DNA of 60,262 nt, counting the filler, from Bipalium vagum (lineage: Eukaryota), in the NCBI GenBank assembly GCA_037834085.1. It is 3 parts of 3 records of this genome, joined end to end, with 100 filler letters (N's around TTAATTAATTAA, not from the genome) between each part and the next. Parts side by side here need not be neighbours in the genome. Positions count along the whole stretch, not along the records: positions 1 to 21,700 come from JBBMKC010231399.1; 2 more parts are not named here. One strand, given 5' to 3'. Each line of letters opens with the position of its first letter. Within the stretch, counting starts at the first letter, position 1. The position numbers and the translations under genes were made by a program. This document shows positions 1-12,617 of this stretch, piece after piece. Below the pieces are notes generated by a model that saw nothing but the letters and a program-made list of their open reading frames with translations, did not search any database and had not been told where the DNA came from.

Positions 1-27
1 CTTATTATACTTAAAAATGTTAAATAA

Positions 28-208
28 AATACTTTCATTTTTATTAAAATACTGGCATTATTAATAAAATACTGACAATTTAGTTATTTTACTGACATCT
101 GTTATACTGATATAGAAAATGCTTACATTACATAATAAATACTGACAATTTAATTAAAATACTGACAAAAAAATGAAAAAAATACTGACATGTTAAATAC
201 AAGCCTTG
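28..208. repeat. Cluster of (A)AATACTGACA subterminal repeats ending in ACAAGCCTTG; probable terminus of a hAT-like non-autonomous DNA transposon
   Basis: About 7 copies of aatactgaca-like motifs (near 48, 68, 90, 105, 138, 158, 181). The reverse complement of the end reads CAAGGCTTG, resembling hAT CAGGG termini. The other end is outside the window. Confidence 0.45.
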
Positions 209-488
209 TAAAAAAACTAGTTTTAAAATTATCATATTTAATCAAAATCAAAACAAAAGATTATTTTATTGTAAAAGAATCGGTCCATATATTAGAATAA
301 GAAAATTAAAAAACCACTATATTAATTTCTATCATATATACAGAGACAGCTAATCTTTTCTTAGTGCTCAATGACAAAATTATAACGAAAAAGAATAAAA
401 ACCAAAGAATAAATTAGGAAATAAATTTAAGAATTAAAAAAAAGATTTATTAGAACTTCGGTTCCACCAAAGTTTCGATCTAAAAGAA

Positions 489-2312
489 CTATAATTTGGT
501 ATTTACTCTATCTTGGTCTATCTTCTTCCTCAGAAGTGCCGGTATTCGATGAGCAACATCAAAATGTGGCTGAGTGATGTTTTTGACGTTTTCATACCAC
601 TTTATAACAATATTTTCATTCCCAATAGATTTTTCAACCAAATCTGATAAGCTTGAGCACAAATAATCATACTGACTTAATTCACACACAGCCAATATAT
701 CTGCAATTCCCAATGATGAAGATCCACCAACAAAATTATTCTGTTTCCCTAGAAAATAATCATTCAGTGCCTTCAAATCCTCTTTCATCAATTCTAAATA
801 TTTATTTCCCATTTCCGTGTCAGGTTGCTTTCCTGTCATAATTTGCTCAAGCACCTGAAAATATCTATATATATTTTCATGTCACATTGGTTAATGCTAG
901 ACATTTTTTTAATGGAATAAACATCAAAAAGATTTAACATAAATCTCAAAAATATTATGCTAAATTTTATGCTAAAAATATTGTGCAAATTATTCGTTAA
1001 AATGAATTTAATTAAATAAATGACCAAATAAAATATAATATTACAAAAGTATTTTTATTAGATAGTTTTAGATAGATAGTTTTATTTTCAATGTTTTTTT
1101 ATTATTTCATATTATTTTTTTTTATTTATTATTTTTTTATTTATTATTTTTTTATTTATTACTACTATTATTTATGTATTTATTTATTATTACTATTATT
1201 ATCAATTTTCGAAATTATTTTGATTGCATTTTGTGAGAAAATAATGATTGAAAAATATCCATATTGTAATGGACATTTTTGAGAATTTTACCAAAATTTT
1301 AACCATTATTCTTCACATACCCCTTTAAATATAATTGAACTTTGCCCATTGATAATGGTTTGATCAAATATTAAAGAATGATAATCCGACAGTGCTAGAT
1401 ATGTGATCGCTTACAGTGGACGCATCATTACTTACCAGTTTAATCTTGCCGAGGCTTTGACATTGCCGTATTGGAACAATGTTTTTCAATGCTGATTTTT
1501 TCAATCACTTGCTATAAATAATATAGGACTTCAAACTAAATGACTCCTTTCCAATCCTCGTCAGACATAACGTAATGATCGAGTTCGAGGACTAATGACA
1601 TGTAATGCATTTATGAATATTTAAATAAATCATTTATATCTTAATTAGCTTCACATTTAATTATATTTCATAATTTAGAACAATGTTTTTATAAATACGA
1701 AAAAACATTATCTTGTTCCTCTATTTTGAAATTAAATATTAATTAACAAAAAATTCCTGGTGTAATATCAACCCTGTTACGCTATTTATTTTAAAGGTAA
1801 TTAAAGGACATATTTAAGGTTCAGAAGAATAATTGATAAGAAAAATAATTTCAAATGATATAATTTACCATTATTCGAAAATGCATTCCAAAGTGTAACC
1901 TTAAATTCAAATGATACCAATGTAAAAATTCTTCAATCTTTGCCTTCAGTTGGAGATCTTTTGGAATTAAGTTTCTTTCTGTGTTATATCTTTTGACCGC
2001 ATACTTCATAATAGCAATACTATTGAAACAAATATTAACAGTAATTTATTATGAATTTTCTGAAAATCAAACCTCTCAGATAACTGAAATCCTTGGTCAT
2101 CAATTGCAGGAACTTTTTGAAAATAATTGATTTTTCGGTAATCAGAAGTAAGATGTTGTTCTAGAATAATAATGATAGCTAAATAGATGAGACTGATTAC
2201 TCTTTTTTAAATCAGTCATGCATAATTCAAATGGTATATTTGCGTATTTAAATAAAATGTAACATGCTCTAGCTGGCTGGGATATAAAGTCATTATATAA
2301 TTTCAGTATCAT
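489..2312 (-). CDS. GSTT: Theta-class glutathione S-transferase, copy 1 (238 aa); exons 2312-2201, 2160-2073, 2019-1869, 854-489
   Basis: All introns are GT-AG and the frame is continuous (112+88+151+366 nt). Protein reads MILKLYNDFISQPARACYILFK...QKVPAIDDQGFQLSESIAIMKY...FLHWYHLNLR...SLGIADILAVCELSQ. It has the Theta catalytic Ser in SQP, cis-Pro KVP, the ES motif and the N-capping box. Confidence 0.93.
1320..1610 (-). mobile_element. Degraded mariner transposase fragment in intron 3 of GST copy 1
   Basis: Minus strand reads DWKGVI*FEVL, similar to mariner WWDWKGVIYFELL, with stops. Confidence 0.5.
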
Positions 2313-3173
2313 TTTTTAAAAATTTTGCAATACTGATAAATTTAGTAACAATTTCCATTTGCTTTATTAAAACAAGATGATATTTACTGAAAAATAATCA
2401 TTATTTGACAAACATTTTTCGTTAAAATAATTTGAAAAATAATTTTTAAAAATATGTAAGATTATCAGAAACATTGTCAGCTTATGGGCTTGAAATTTCA
2501 GAAATAATTTTTAATTGTTTATCATGAAAAAAAATGAAGTTACTCACTTTTCATTACTTTATGGATTTAAAGAGCAAAAAATTAAATTTTTTGTACTAGT
2601 TTATTATATATAGTGGTCAAAAGTCACTCTACAGTAAGGGTTAAAATTAATTTATTTACATAATTGTATAACTATTGTGCTGTTTATTTATGATTGTTTA
2701 TGAATAGTTTTTAAATCAGTGTAAACTACATGCTGTAATCTAAAACAGTTGATATGAAGTCAACTTTTTCCACTTATAAATCTATAAAGAAATAATTATA
2801 ACGCATAGTTTTGCAAAAGGCATTTTTTCCTCTTATGTTACGCTATTATTTTACTATGAACGCTATCGTAACACGTAGCTGGAAAATTTTACTTACCCCT
2901 TCACTTGTGTCAAAGCGTGTATGCAAATGAATGAATCAAAACAAATACGAACAACAATATTGCCAAAGTAACAAAAACAAATACAATGTCTGTAAACAAT
3001 AAATAAAAATGTCTTCAATCACAAAATCAAATGTTTCAATAGTCGATCACATTAAAAATCGAATGTCTTGAATAATAATCAATTGAATAATTAAATTAAA
3101 TATAAATATCAATCAAATAATTAAATTTCAATCTCAATTAAATTAAAAAGAAAAACGATGAAAAAAATGACGA

Positions 3174-3814
3174 TGTTGAAGTTCGACTCATATCTTATAA
3201 GTTCTGTAAATAAAATTTTGGCGAAAAATAAAATATAAATAATATGCTGTCTAATTTAAAATTAAGTATTTTAATTATTAATTATTAATTTAAAGTTAAT
3301 TTTTAAAAATTTTAATATTATTTAAGAATCAACTACTGATTTTTAATCAGTAGCATGTATTTCTAAAATTATAATTTTCAAAATTTTTAGTAATAATTAA
3401 ATATAGAAAGTACGTCATGATCTACAGTTTAACTGGCTAATCAGAGATGCTAAAACAAGCAGTAAAGTAGTATATAAGCCAGTGAAAATTCATTATTTTT
3501 CGCGAAGAAAATTTTAGGATAAAATGTATGTTTTATTTTGTTAATTTTATCCTTCTGACCACGCTTTACCCTGGCATAGTTTTTTAATTAAGGAGTGCTA
3601 TTTGTAAACTGTCTGAGCAGTTTATTGATTTAGTTTAACTAACAATTGTTGCAGTTTGTTTGCTGTAATTAAAAGGGTCTTACCCTCGTTTAATTTAATA
3701 AAGCTGTATAGAGTTGCTTTTGTGTTTTCGTTAGAGTGAGATAACGAGCTCTTTAGATAGGACCACAACAAGCTCAACGTAGGTCCGGTAAGCTAGATAA
3801 GAGTTGTGCCAACA
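3174..3814 (+). mobile_element. Possible solo LTR
   Basis: TGTTG...CAACA inverted termini, a TATATAAG box (~3471) and AATAAA (~3697) in LTR order. No target-site duplication seen. Confidence 0.3.
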
Positions 3815-5214
3815 TTTAATATATTGACTTCTAATTTTTATTATATTAGTAAATTAATTATTTATTCCATTTACTGCATTAAGAAAATTATCTAAAATAT
3901 TTTCACCAAAAATTTGAAAATTGAAATAATATGATTTTATCCTTTGGTAGATGTAAATGAGCAATTAATGAATAAGCAAAACATTCTGTCTATTTTTTTA
4001 TCTTTACAATATATGTTGATTTAAGTAATAATTATACTAATGAAAAGCCTGCTAAAATTTGATCTATAAATAAATCTAATCAAATTGATTTCTTCTTTTC
4101 AAAATACAATCCTGGTCCCGTATGTTCTTTTTTCTCTATATTTATTTAATTGTTCTAAATTTTGTAAAATTTAATTAATTTAAAATTAATTAATTTAATT
4201 TAAATTTTACTTTTTCTGATTTAGAATAATAAGAACATTTTAATTCTTGTTTTTCTCCTAAAATTTCTTTTATAATTACATAGTATATCTGATATTTAAA
4301 TTATTTCTTCATTAAAATATTTTCATCAATTCATTTTAAAATTATATACTTAAGTAAATTTTTCATGCTTCTTTACTTAATTCAATTTTGCTATTTTGTA
4401 AAATATTTAATTACTATATTCATAATTTTTATATTTGTCATTTAAGTTTTCTTTTTAATAAACATGTTAAATTTTGGTTGTTGATCAATAAAAATTTAGT
4501 AAAATAATTTTTATTATGATTTTAAATGACATTAATGCAGTTTTTGTTCACGTTTTTACACAAAAAACTCGATTTTGAAGAGAAAATTTTTTGGTCTTTA
4601 TAATCTTAATTTTGATATTTTATCATATTTTTTAAGAAGATTATTTGACTTCTTGTTGTAATTTTTATGCCTTTTATAAGTTATAAAAAATCCAAACCTA
4701 CTGTTAACTTCCGATATAGTAATTTATATTTTTCATGTTTTTTTTTACCATTTTTGCATCTTTTTATACATTTTCATTTTTTTGTTTTTTTTACTGATTT
4801 GTTAGTGTTTTAAGCGATTTCCTTTGTTATCATTTTAGTTTGTTATGATTATTTTGCTACATTTTAATGATTTTTATGAAATTTTTAGTGTTTTTTCATT
4901 TCTTTTACCATTTTTAGTACTTTTTTTAAAAGATATTTTCATGATTTGTTTTTTTTAATTTTTTGGAAAAGGTCTTAACTTTTTATTTCCCCACTAACAA
5001 TTTTAACTTTCTCTTCAACTTTAAGTCTGTCACGACTCAAAATCGACCAATAATCTAAAATAAAAATGTGGATATTACAATTTTAAACATTGAATATAAG
5101 CCTTTTAGTTACCAATAGTTCAACTCAAAACATGATATTCAAATATTTATAACACTAAAATAAAACTATTTAATTGACATCCTATATATTCATAGAAGTG
5201 TTTGTTTGATTATA

Positions 5215-5914
5215 CCATACTAGGATTAAAAAGTGGACCACCAAAATTTTTTGTACTAAGCACTCATTATCATATGTATAAAAATCTAATTTCATAAAAT
5301 TTATTGAATTTTCACTATGACTCAACTATACCTTTTGTTGATCCACCCCTATTTTTATTCAAATCAGCTAATCTATTAGCATGCTGAAATCAGTATTTGG
5401 GTCAGGTGGATTAATATTGTTTCCCAAACAGTTAGAATTCGTCCGCAAAGCTCCAAACGTGATTTTTCACGAAATATTTTGTCAACATAACTCCATAGAT
5501 GACCTATTAGGTGACATATCTGGTGATTGACCAATTGATAAACAGGAGTATATATTTTAAATATTTCAAGAATTATAGATAAAATATTGATTTCCGATAA
5601 CATCGAATTTTAATGAATAATTTTTTCATATCTTTCTGATAAAAAAATCAAGGTTTATAAAGCTTTCTAATATGAATACGAGTTACTACTCCTGGTACTT
5701 TACATACAAAATAAGCCAAATAACAATGCGCATTTTCAAAAAATAATTAAAATTTTTTTCAAAATTATTTTTTAATAACCTACAATAAAAACATCAATAG
5801 AAGAGTGTAGTTGTCTTATTGAACAAAACCAAAAATTGTTTATCTTTTTTTTCATTAAATAATACAATTTTTACTTTCTTTCTTTCACCGGTCCACTTTG
5901 TAATCCGAGCAATG
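5215..5914 (-). mobile_element. Internally deleted Tc1-like element with TIRs and TA target duplication
   Basis: TIRs TA|CCATACTAGGATTAAAAAGTGGACC and GGTCCACTTTGTAATCCGAGCAATG|TA. Internal minus-strand remnant SPDMSP..GHLWSYV resembles the Tc1 SPDLNPIEHLW motif. Confidence 0.75.
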
Positions 5915-6530
5915 TATAGTATAAAAAATATAAATCAAATAGATTACGAAAATTAACTTATGTGTGAAACATATTAGATTCTTATTTTGAAAAAAAAAAT
6001 CAATTTTTTCGTTTTTTATCAAAATACCTATAAATAATTCTTTCGTGTTAATGGGAATTTCCTAGGATTTTAGACAAATTTATTTGTTTCTCATAATTGA
6101 GAAGACATTTTCATTTAATGAGTATTTTAATCAGATTTTGTAATTTAATGTAATTATTAAAGTATTAAATACCAAAAAAACAACATTTATGGACAAATTG
6201 TAAATGTATACAAAGTATTATCAAAAGATTCATTTAATGGTCATTAGCTCTTTTTTGTGTTTTTCAATTTTTTAAAATTTTACCTCAGACGTGTCTGATT
6301 AACTGGAATATTATATCGAACGATAAAAGATAATTGTTAGTTCATAAATGACTTTCATATTTATTTCTGTTTTAGTTACTCTTTGACAACAAAGTAGAAC
6401 AAAAATATTGATGTTCCTGGTTTCGTAAAATAATAATAATAATTCAAAAGTTAATCAAATTTATTAAAAGAATATAAAAAACCTATTTTTGTGCTAGTCA
6501 CTGTTTAAGTAATTTTGGCCAATTTTTCCT

Positions 6531-9500
6531 TCACTTTTTCTTATTAAGGGTTTCATGGGTAAAATCGAAATGAGGTTGTGTAAGCCTTTTAACGGAACCA
6601 TACCATTCTAAAACACCATTGTAGTTCACACCCCATTTTGTCATTAATTCAGGTAAACTGCAAATCATGTAATCAACTTGACTTATTTCGCAAACAGCCA
6701 AAATATCTGCAATGCCTAAAGATGGCGATCCACCGATAAATAAATTTGGTTTAGCGAGAAAGTATTCGTTCATCGCTTTTAAATCTTCTTTCATTAATCC
6801 AAAATATTGATTGGCCATGTTCATGTCAACGGGTTTCTTTGTAATCTTTGGTTCAATTAGCTGAAAATAAAAATATGGACACGTCTTTTCAAGGCCTCAA
6901 GTAGAAATCAAAAAATAATTTTTCAACTGTATTAAAACTGACAGAAAAAACGGATCATATCTTAGTCAAAAAGGAAAGTATCAAAAATATTTTGAATGCA
7001 ACGTCGAAATATATCGATTCTAGACTTCATCAAAACCCTTCAAATTTTTTTATACTGGTACTGTTTCTTTAAAAATAAATCAAGACTGAGGTACAAAATT
7101 AGTGGCGACAATGATCAGATAAAGTATTTTTCGGCGATGAATTCTTAATACACTCTAGATTTTTCTCTAATAATTATAGAAACCTCCTGTGGTAAGCGAT
7201 TCTAAGAAGTTACTTTTACATTATGTGTATTTTTAATTATAAAACTATAATTTTAAAATTTTTTTTCAAAATACATTAATCCAGAAATTGTGTAACACAT
7301 AATGACGAGAATTCAATACAAATATTCACTGTAGCAAAAAAAGATAATGTTCTGATCTTCTCTCAATCGATTTAATTCACGACTCAGCTTGCATATATTT
7401 TGTTTTCCCAAGAAATGTACTAGGAAAACTTTTATGTCGTGCCCAGATTTCAATGCCTCCTCCTTTCTTCTTTTCGACTCCAAATTCTGCAATGCAAGGC
7501 CATCCACATATTCATTTCAGGAGAGTAAGGTGATGAGTATTCTTAATCTCATCTGGTCCAAGAAAGAATTTTTTAATTTTGTTGTACGAGAGCCAATATT
7601 GTACTGTATAAAGGTGAGATCTCAAAGTTGATGTTTATTCTTCAGATTAGCTGATGCAAATACGATTAGATGGAACGTGATTTCTATATATCTGAACTAA
7701 GAAACAAATTTTTAAAATTTCAAAGATTCTGCGACATGCTTTTCTTAATTATTTTTTTCAGTCACCAGTGTATTAAATCTCTAAAAAGTACATTTAACTT
7801 TGGCATTTCATAAGAAATAAAAATTGGTATATTTTTACTTTCAATTTTTATCAATTTAATATTAAATTTCCATTGAATTCAAATTAACCAATTTCCAAAA
7901 AAAAACGGTACTACTTAAGACTGAAGCCGTTGGTAATAGGTAAGTCAAAAAACATTGTTCCTTTAGATTTTGACATTAAAAAGCTATCTGTTTATTATCG
8001 TTGGAATTCAAAATCCTGGGTGACTATCATTTTTTCAAGATTGGCTAAATAATTAAAACAGCAAAAAGAAAACATCGGACGCAGAATACTATTATTGTTA
8101 GACAACTCACCAGTTCATCATAAAGATTTAGAAACGAGTAACATTTTTTCCAGAAAATACGTCATCTTGTATTCAACCTTTAGACCAAGATATTATAAAA
8201 ACATTAAAAGATTATTATTATTATAAGAACTTGTATATCATTGGAATTTTACTTAAGTATTAATTTCATACAGGAAAATTGGATTTTAAAAATTTATAAC
8301 AAGATGTGATTTTTGATAGCGAAATATCAACAACTATCTCTAAAATAATCTCTTACAAATGCACATGTATTCAAAAATAAGAAAAAAAAGGCGAAAAAGA
8401 AAATCGAAAAAATGAAAATTATAGACTTCATTACTTTTCAAACAAATGAAATTTAAATAAAATCAGAAATTTTATAAATGATACGTTTAATATCGATTTT
8501 AGTATTATAAGAGTTTCTTAAGGTTTTTTCACATTACTTCTCATTATGAACACGTGAGAAAATCTGAAAGTTGGTGTTCATATTGATTTTATTATTAAGA
8601 ATGTAAATAATTTAAACAATTAATAATTATTATTATATAAAAATAATAATTATGTCAATAATTAGGAAAAATAATTTTCGACATAGTTTTAAAATTAAAA
8701 ATAAGCAAGGTAAAATTATTTTACAAAAAAAATAAAATTCACAAAAATTTATCAAATATATTGATGTAAATCTCATTTTAAATTAGAAAGTTAAATTTTT
8801 TGTGTATCTTGCTGTAATGAACACAAATATTCAACTCATGTGACTACGACCATTATTCTTGAACCAATCAATACATAGAAAACAAAGAAAAAAGAATAAA
8901 AAGACGAATAAATGGATAAGGAAATAAGACCTGACAATTTATTACTCGTAAATACTACGTAAGCATAACGAGATAAATAAATAAGATATTAATCTTATAT
9001 TCGAATATCGAATGAAACATGACCTTTGAGAACATGTAACGATTTACAACTTCAAATAGTGACTTAAATAAACCAAGAAAAATATTCAAATATGTTTACT
9101 TTGTTTTACCGTTCGGTGTTGGTTTCTAGATGTCATTGAAACATCAAAAAATGTTTGAATAAAGAATGTGAACTGGGTTAAAACAGACGTCAGACAATTA
9201 AAAATAAACTATCACTGGTAAATGTTTGATCCAAAGATAAGTGGAAGAAGAAAACATTAAAGAATTAATATTTGTGAAACAATTATGGAAAAGGAAATAA
9301 ACCGATATTTGACATAGAAAAAAACTTTAAAACAAGTTAAAACACACAAAGTTACTGGAAAGATAAAAAGTTACTAATCACTTTATTTAAAAATAGAACC
9401 GAATGAAATAAATAGATTTATTATTACCAATGTGCGAAAATACATTGCGAAATGCAATCGTAGATTCAAGTGATACCAGTGAAGAAACTCTTCGACCTTA

Positions 9501-9899
9501 GCCTTGATTTGCACATCTTTTGAAGTTATGTTCTTTTCGTTATTGTACTTTTTAATGGCATATTTCATTATGGCAATACTGAATACATTTTCAATAGATC
9601 AATAACCAAAATTCAAATTGATAACCTCTCAGATAGTTTGAATCCATTATCGTCCATTGCTGGAACCTTGTTGAAATAATTGATTTCATGAAAATTTTCA
9701 GATAAGTGTTCGCCTGAATAATGAATAAGGAATGCATAATGGATGATAATAATTGTATATATGACGAATTATTAAACATATCTACACCTTTTCTTAAATT
9801 GATATTACATGATTCAAAGGGTATATTTGCATATTTAAATAAAATATAACAAGCTCTTGCAGGTTGAGATAAAAAATCTAAATATAGCTTCAAACTCAT
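6531..9899 (-). CDS. GSTT: Theta-class glutathione S-transferase, copy 2 (226 aa); exons 9899-9788, 9713-9626, 9578-9428, 6860-6531
   Basis: GT-AG introns and the same first three exon sizes (112/88/151) as copy 1. Protein reads MSLKLYLDFLSQPARACYILFK...NKVPAMDDNGFKLSESIAIMKY...SLGIADILAVCEISQ. Confidence 0.92.
7300..7740 (-). mobile_element. Highly degraded Tc1/IS630-type transposase remnant in GST copy 2 intron 3
   Basis: Minus strand gives FIQYNIGSRTTK (QDNA..H-like) and PYSPE*N (PYSPELN-like). Confidence 0.35.
7900..8220 (+). mobile_element. pogo/Tigger (DDE_1) transposase fragment
   Basis: Frameshifted KSWVT..DWL...LLLDNSPVH...FPENTSSCIQPLDQDIIKTLK, matching the pogo LLLDN..H and NTT..QPLDQG motifs. 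Confidence 0.7.
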
Positions 9900-12189
9900 A
9901 ATACACTTTTCAATTTAAATGATATCACTTACACATTTATTTTAGTAAAACAACTTATAAATACAATTAACATTTTTTTCTTATAGCAATAATTAAAGAA
10001 TTTTTCTAATATTTAAAATACTATTCTAAAAAACACTAATTCTGAAAATGATTTTCACAATCTTGATCAATTTATCAGCTAGCTTGTCGTCCATCATGAT
10101 TAATCGGAACAGAGATTCTAAAATATGAAGAGAAATGTCAAAAATATCAAATGAATTTAATCGTATGTCAAACCTTTGGACACTGGGTTGCCAATTATGT
10201 GTTGCCAAAGCACTTATTCGATTTAAAACCAGAGAAATATTTCAAGAACGATATTTATAAAATACAGTGAGAAATAACATTAGTAAGAAAAAAATATTTT
10301 TTTAAAAAAGTTTTTGTATTCTTTCATTAAAATTATATAATAAAGCAAGATGGAATCGTTTTCCTAGAATGATTGATGATAAACATTTCAATATTAATAT
10401 TTTATGTAGAAAGAAATACTTTTTAGATATATATATCTAATATTCCAATTTATTTATTTGTTACCCTCTGATATCATGGTTTTTAATACACAAAAATAAT
10501 TGTTTAAAATGAAATCAAATTTTTGTCAGATTCTGCTTGTTGGTGCATTATATCCCTTTTCAAACAATAAAATAAAAAAAAGGATTCAATACTGAAAATT
10601 TCGAATTATGAAGTATGTAAATATTTAAATAATAGTGATCAATTAATTTTAGTAAAATTCCAAATTTTATTTTGATTTACAAGATCAAGCAGAACATTAA
10701 AAATACAAATTCATGTGAATAACTATTTAAAAATTAACACAAATACAAATATTTAGAATTGAAAAAAATGAAAGTCTCGAGAAACATAAATAATTGAAGG
10801 TAAAGGTAAGAAGGTTAGGCATGAATATTTTGGGTTTACCCAAGACATCCCCCGGGAAAGATAACCAAGAAAAATCATAAAAAGAGTAGAGATGTAAAGA
10901 ATAATAATAATATTAATAATTAAAATTAATTAACTCTTGAGAAAAAATTAAAAATTCCCAGATATTTTTATTTTTTAAATACAGGAAATAAAACAACACT
11001 CCAAAAGTAATTTTTATTTTTAAAGAAGTCTAAAAGAGGTATTTTATAAATATTAATGATCATCATAAAATATTTTTTAGGGAATTTTAGAATTTTAAGA
11101 TGATTTTGAGACTATTTCGAGAATAATCTCTAGATGAAGATCAAGTATATAAGTAGAGGGATTCTAGCATATTTTCACCCCTCAGAAATCGTGCTAAGCA
11201 GAAAAAGGTTTACAAAGAATTTCTGAATACGAGAAGATTTGAAATTATTTCACGGACCTAGTGGAAAAAAATCGATACCACATTAGAAAACTATTGTTCA
11301 AAGGAGATTAGTCCTGATTTTCGGAGGCCGAACCCATTGTCCAAAGGATCTTTTTCTTTAAAACCAAGTATTATTATGCTTAATTCAGTATTCGGACTAT
11401 GCTTAAAATTCCCCACCAGCGAGTTATCGATGAGCAACCGTTAGGGCTCAGACGATAACTCGGGAGTTTTAGCAGAAGATAAGCTGAAAGATCTTTCTAT
11501 TTTCTTTGAACTTTATTTTTTTAAGTAATTATTAATAAAAGTAATATTTTGTTTTAATCAAGCTTTAATATTTTGTTTTAATTAAACTTTGACTATCATT
11601 GATTATATTACTGAGACATTACATCAACTCATTCTTTATAATTGTTATTGGATTGTGTTGTGTGAAACATTTCAGACATTAATTTTGATCCCAGACTCTT
11701 GAGTATCTCTTGTATTTCTGTGTATTTTTGTGATATAAATACAATTATTGCTTTACTGATTGTTATTATTTTCACCACCTAAGAGTTGGAGTCAGGTCTA
11801 AATTTGATACACTAATATTGAACAAATAAGTGAATTATTTACAAATTATATATTTGAATATTATATAAATTAAATACAGTCAGTGTTCTCTTAATTGCCA
11901 AAAAATTATTATAGGCTTCATCTATGAAATATTCTGTTAATTGCGAAATTCTAATATTTTCACCTTTATTACTTAACATTTTAAAATTTTGTTTTAATAA
12001 TGAATTTTTTATAATGAATCATTTAATATTTATAGAATTCCACAAATATGATCAAACTAAATAATCACACGAATACATATCCACATTTAGAACCTATTAA
12101 AACTATAAATTAATTCCTTCACAAAGTATTTGAAGAATTATAAGACTAATATATATACATTTTAAAAACAGGGTATCTATTATACTTTG

Positions 12190-12450
12190 CAAATTTTTTT
12201 TGGTTCTTTTGGAAACCTGTTGTAATAAGAAATTCCTTTAAGTCGAGATGTTTCAAAAAAATTGATCAATCTTAGAAGGTACAATATAACGCATCAAAAA
12301 GAGCATGGATGACAGATGAGATCTTTAATAAATGGCTCTATGATTTTGATGAGAAATTAAAGATAAAAGGAAGAAAGGTATTATTAATTATCGATAATTT
12401 CCAGGCTCATAGCGTTAAATATGAGCTAACATCTATGGTAGTCTTATTTA
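12190..12450 (+). mobile_element. pogo/Tigger (DDE_1) transposase fragment
   Basis: KPVVIRNSFKSRCFKK...AWMTDEIFNKWLYDFDEKLKIKGRKVLLIIDNFQAH (ORF 12309-12500). Confidence 0.7.
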
Positions 12451-12528
12451 TACATAGGCACTACAGGCATTCTTTAGGCTATAAATTAAAGTATCATTAG
12501 AATTTTTAAACTCCATTTTAATCAGAAT

Positions 12529-12617
12529 AGTCACGTGTTGCGTAATTATGTATTGTTTGAATAAATACTTTATATAACTCTGACGTCTTTTCAATGTGTA
12601 GTAAAGAAGAACTAACG
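12529..12617 (+). repeat. 5' LTR (~88 bp) followed by PBS-like GGCGACC
   Basis: agtcacgtgttgcgtaattatg...gtagtaaagaagaactaac is repeated at 15180-15255. Confidence 0.85.

Noticed and set aside
28-200. Regularly spaced AATACTGACA repeats as a CRISPR-like array
   Set aside because: The repeats are only ~10 bp with irregular low-complexity spacers, in a eukaryotic context with no cas genes. Transposon subterminal repeats explain them better.
1091-1282. Short ORFs of F/Y/I/L/K/N (also 41660-41996, 50330-50545 and similar)
   Set aside because: They are translations of AT-rich low-complexity DNA, N gaps, or antisense shadows of real exons and TEs.
8813-9048. TGTAA...TTACA bounded block as a solo LTR
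   Set aside because: No TSD, and such short termini are likely by chance in AT-rich DNA.
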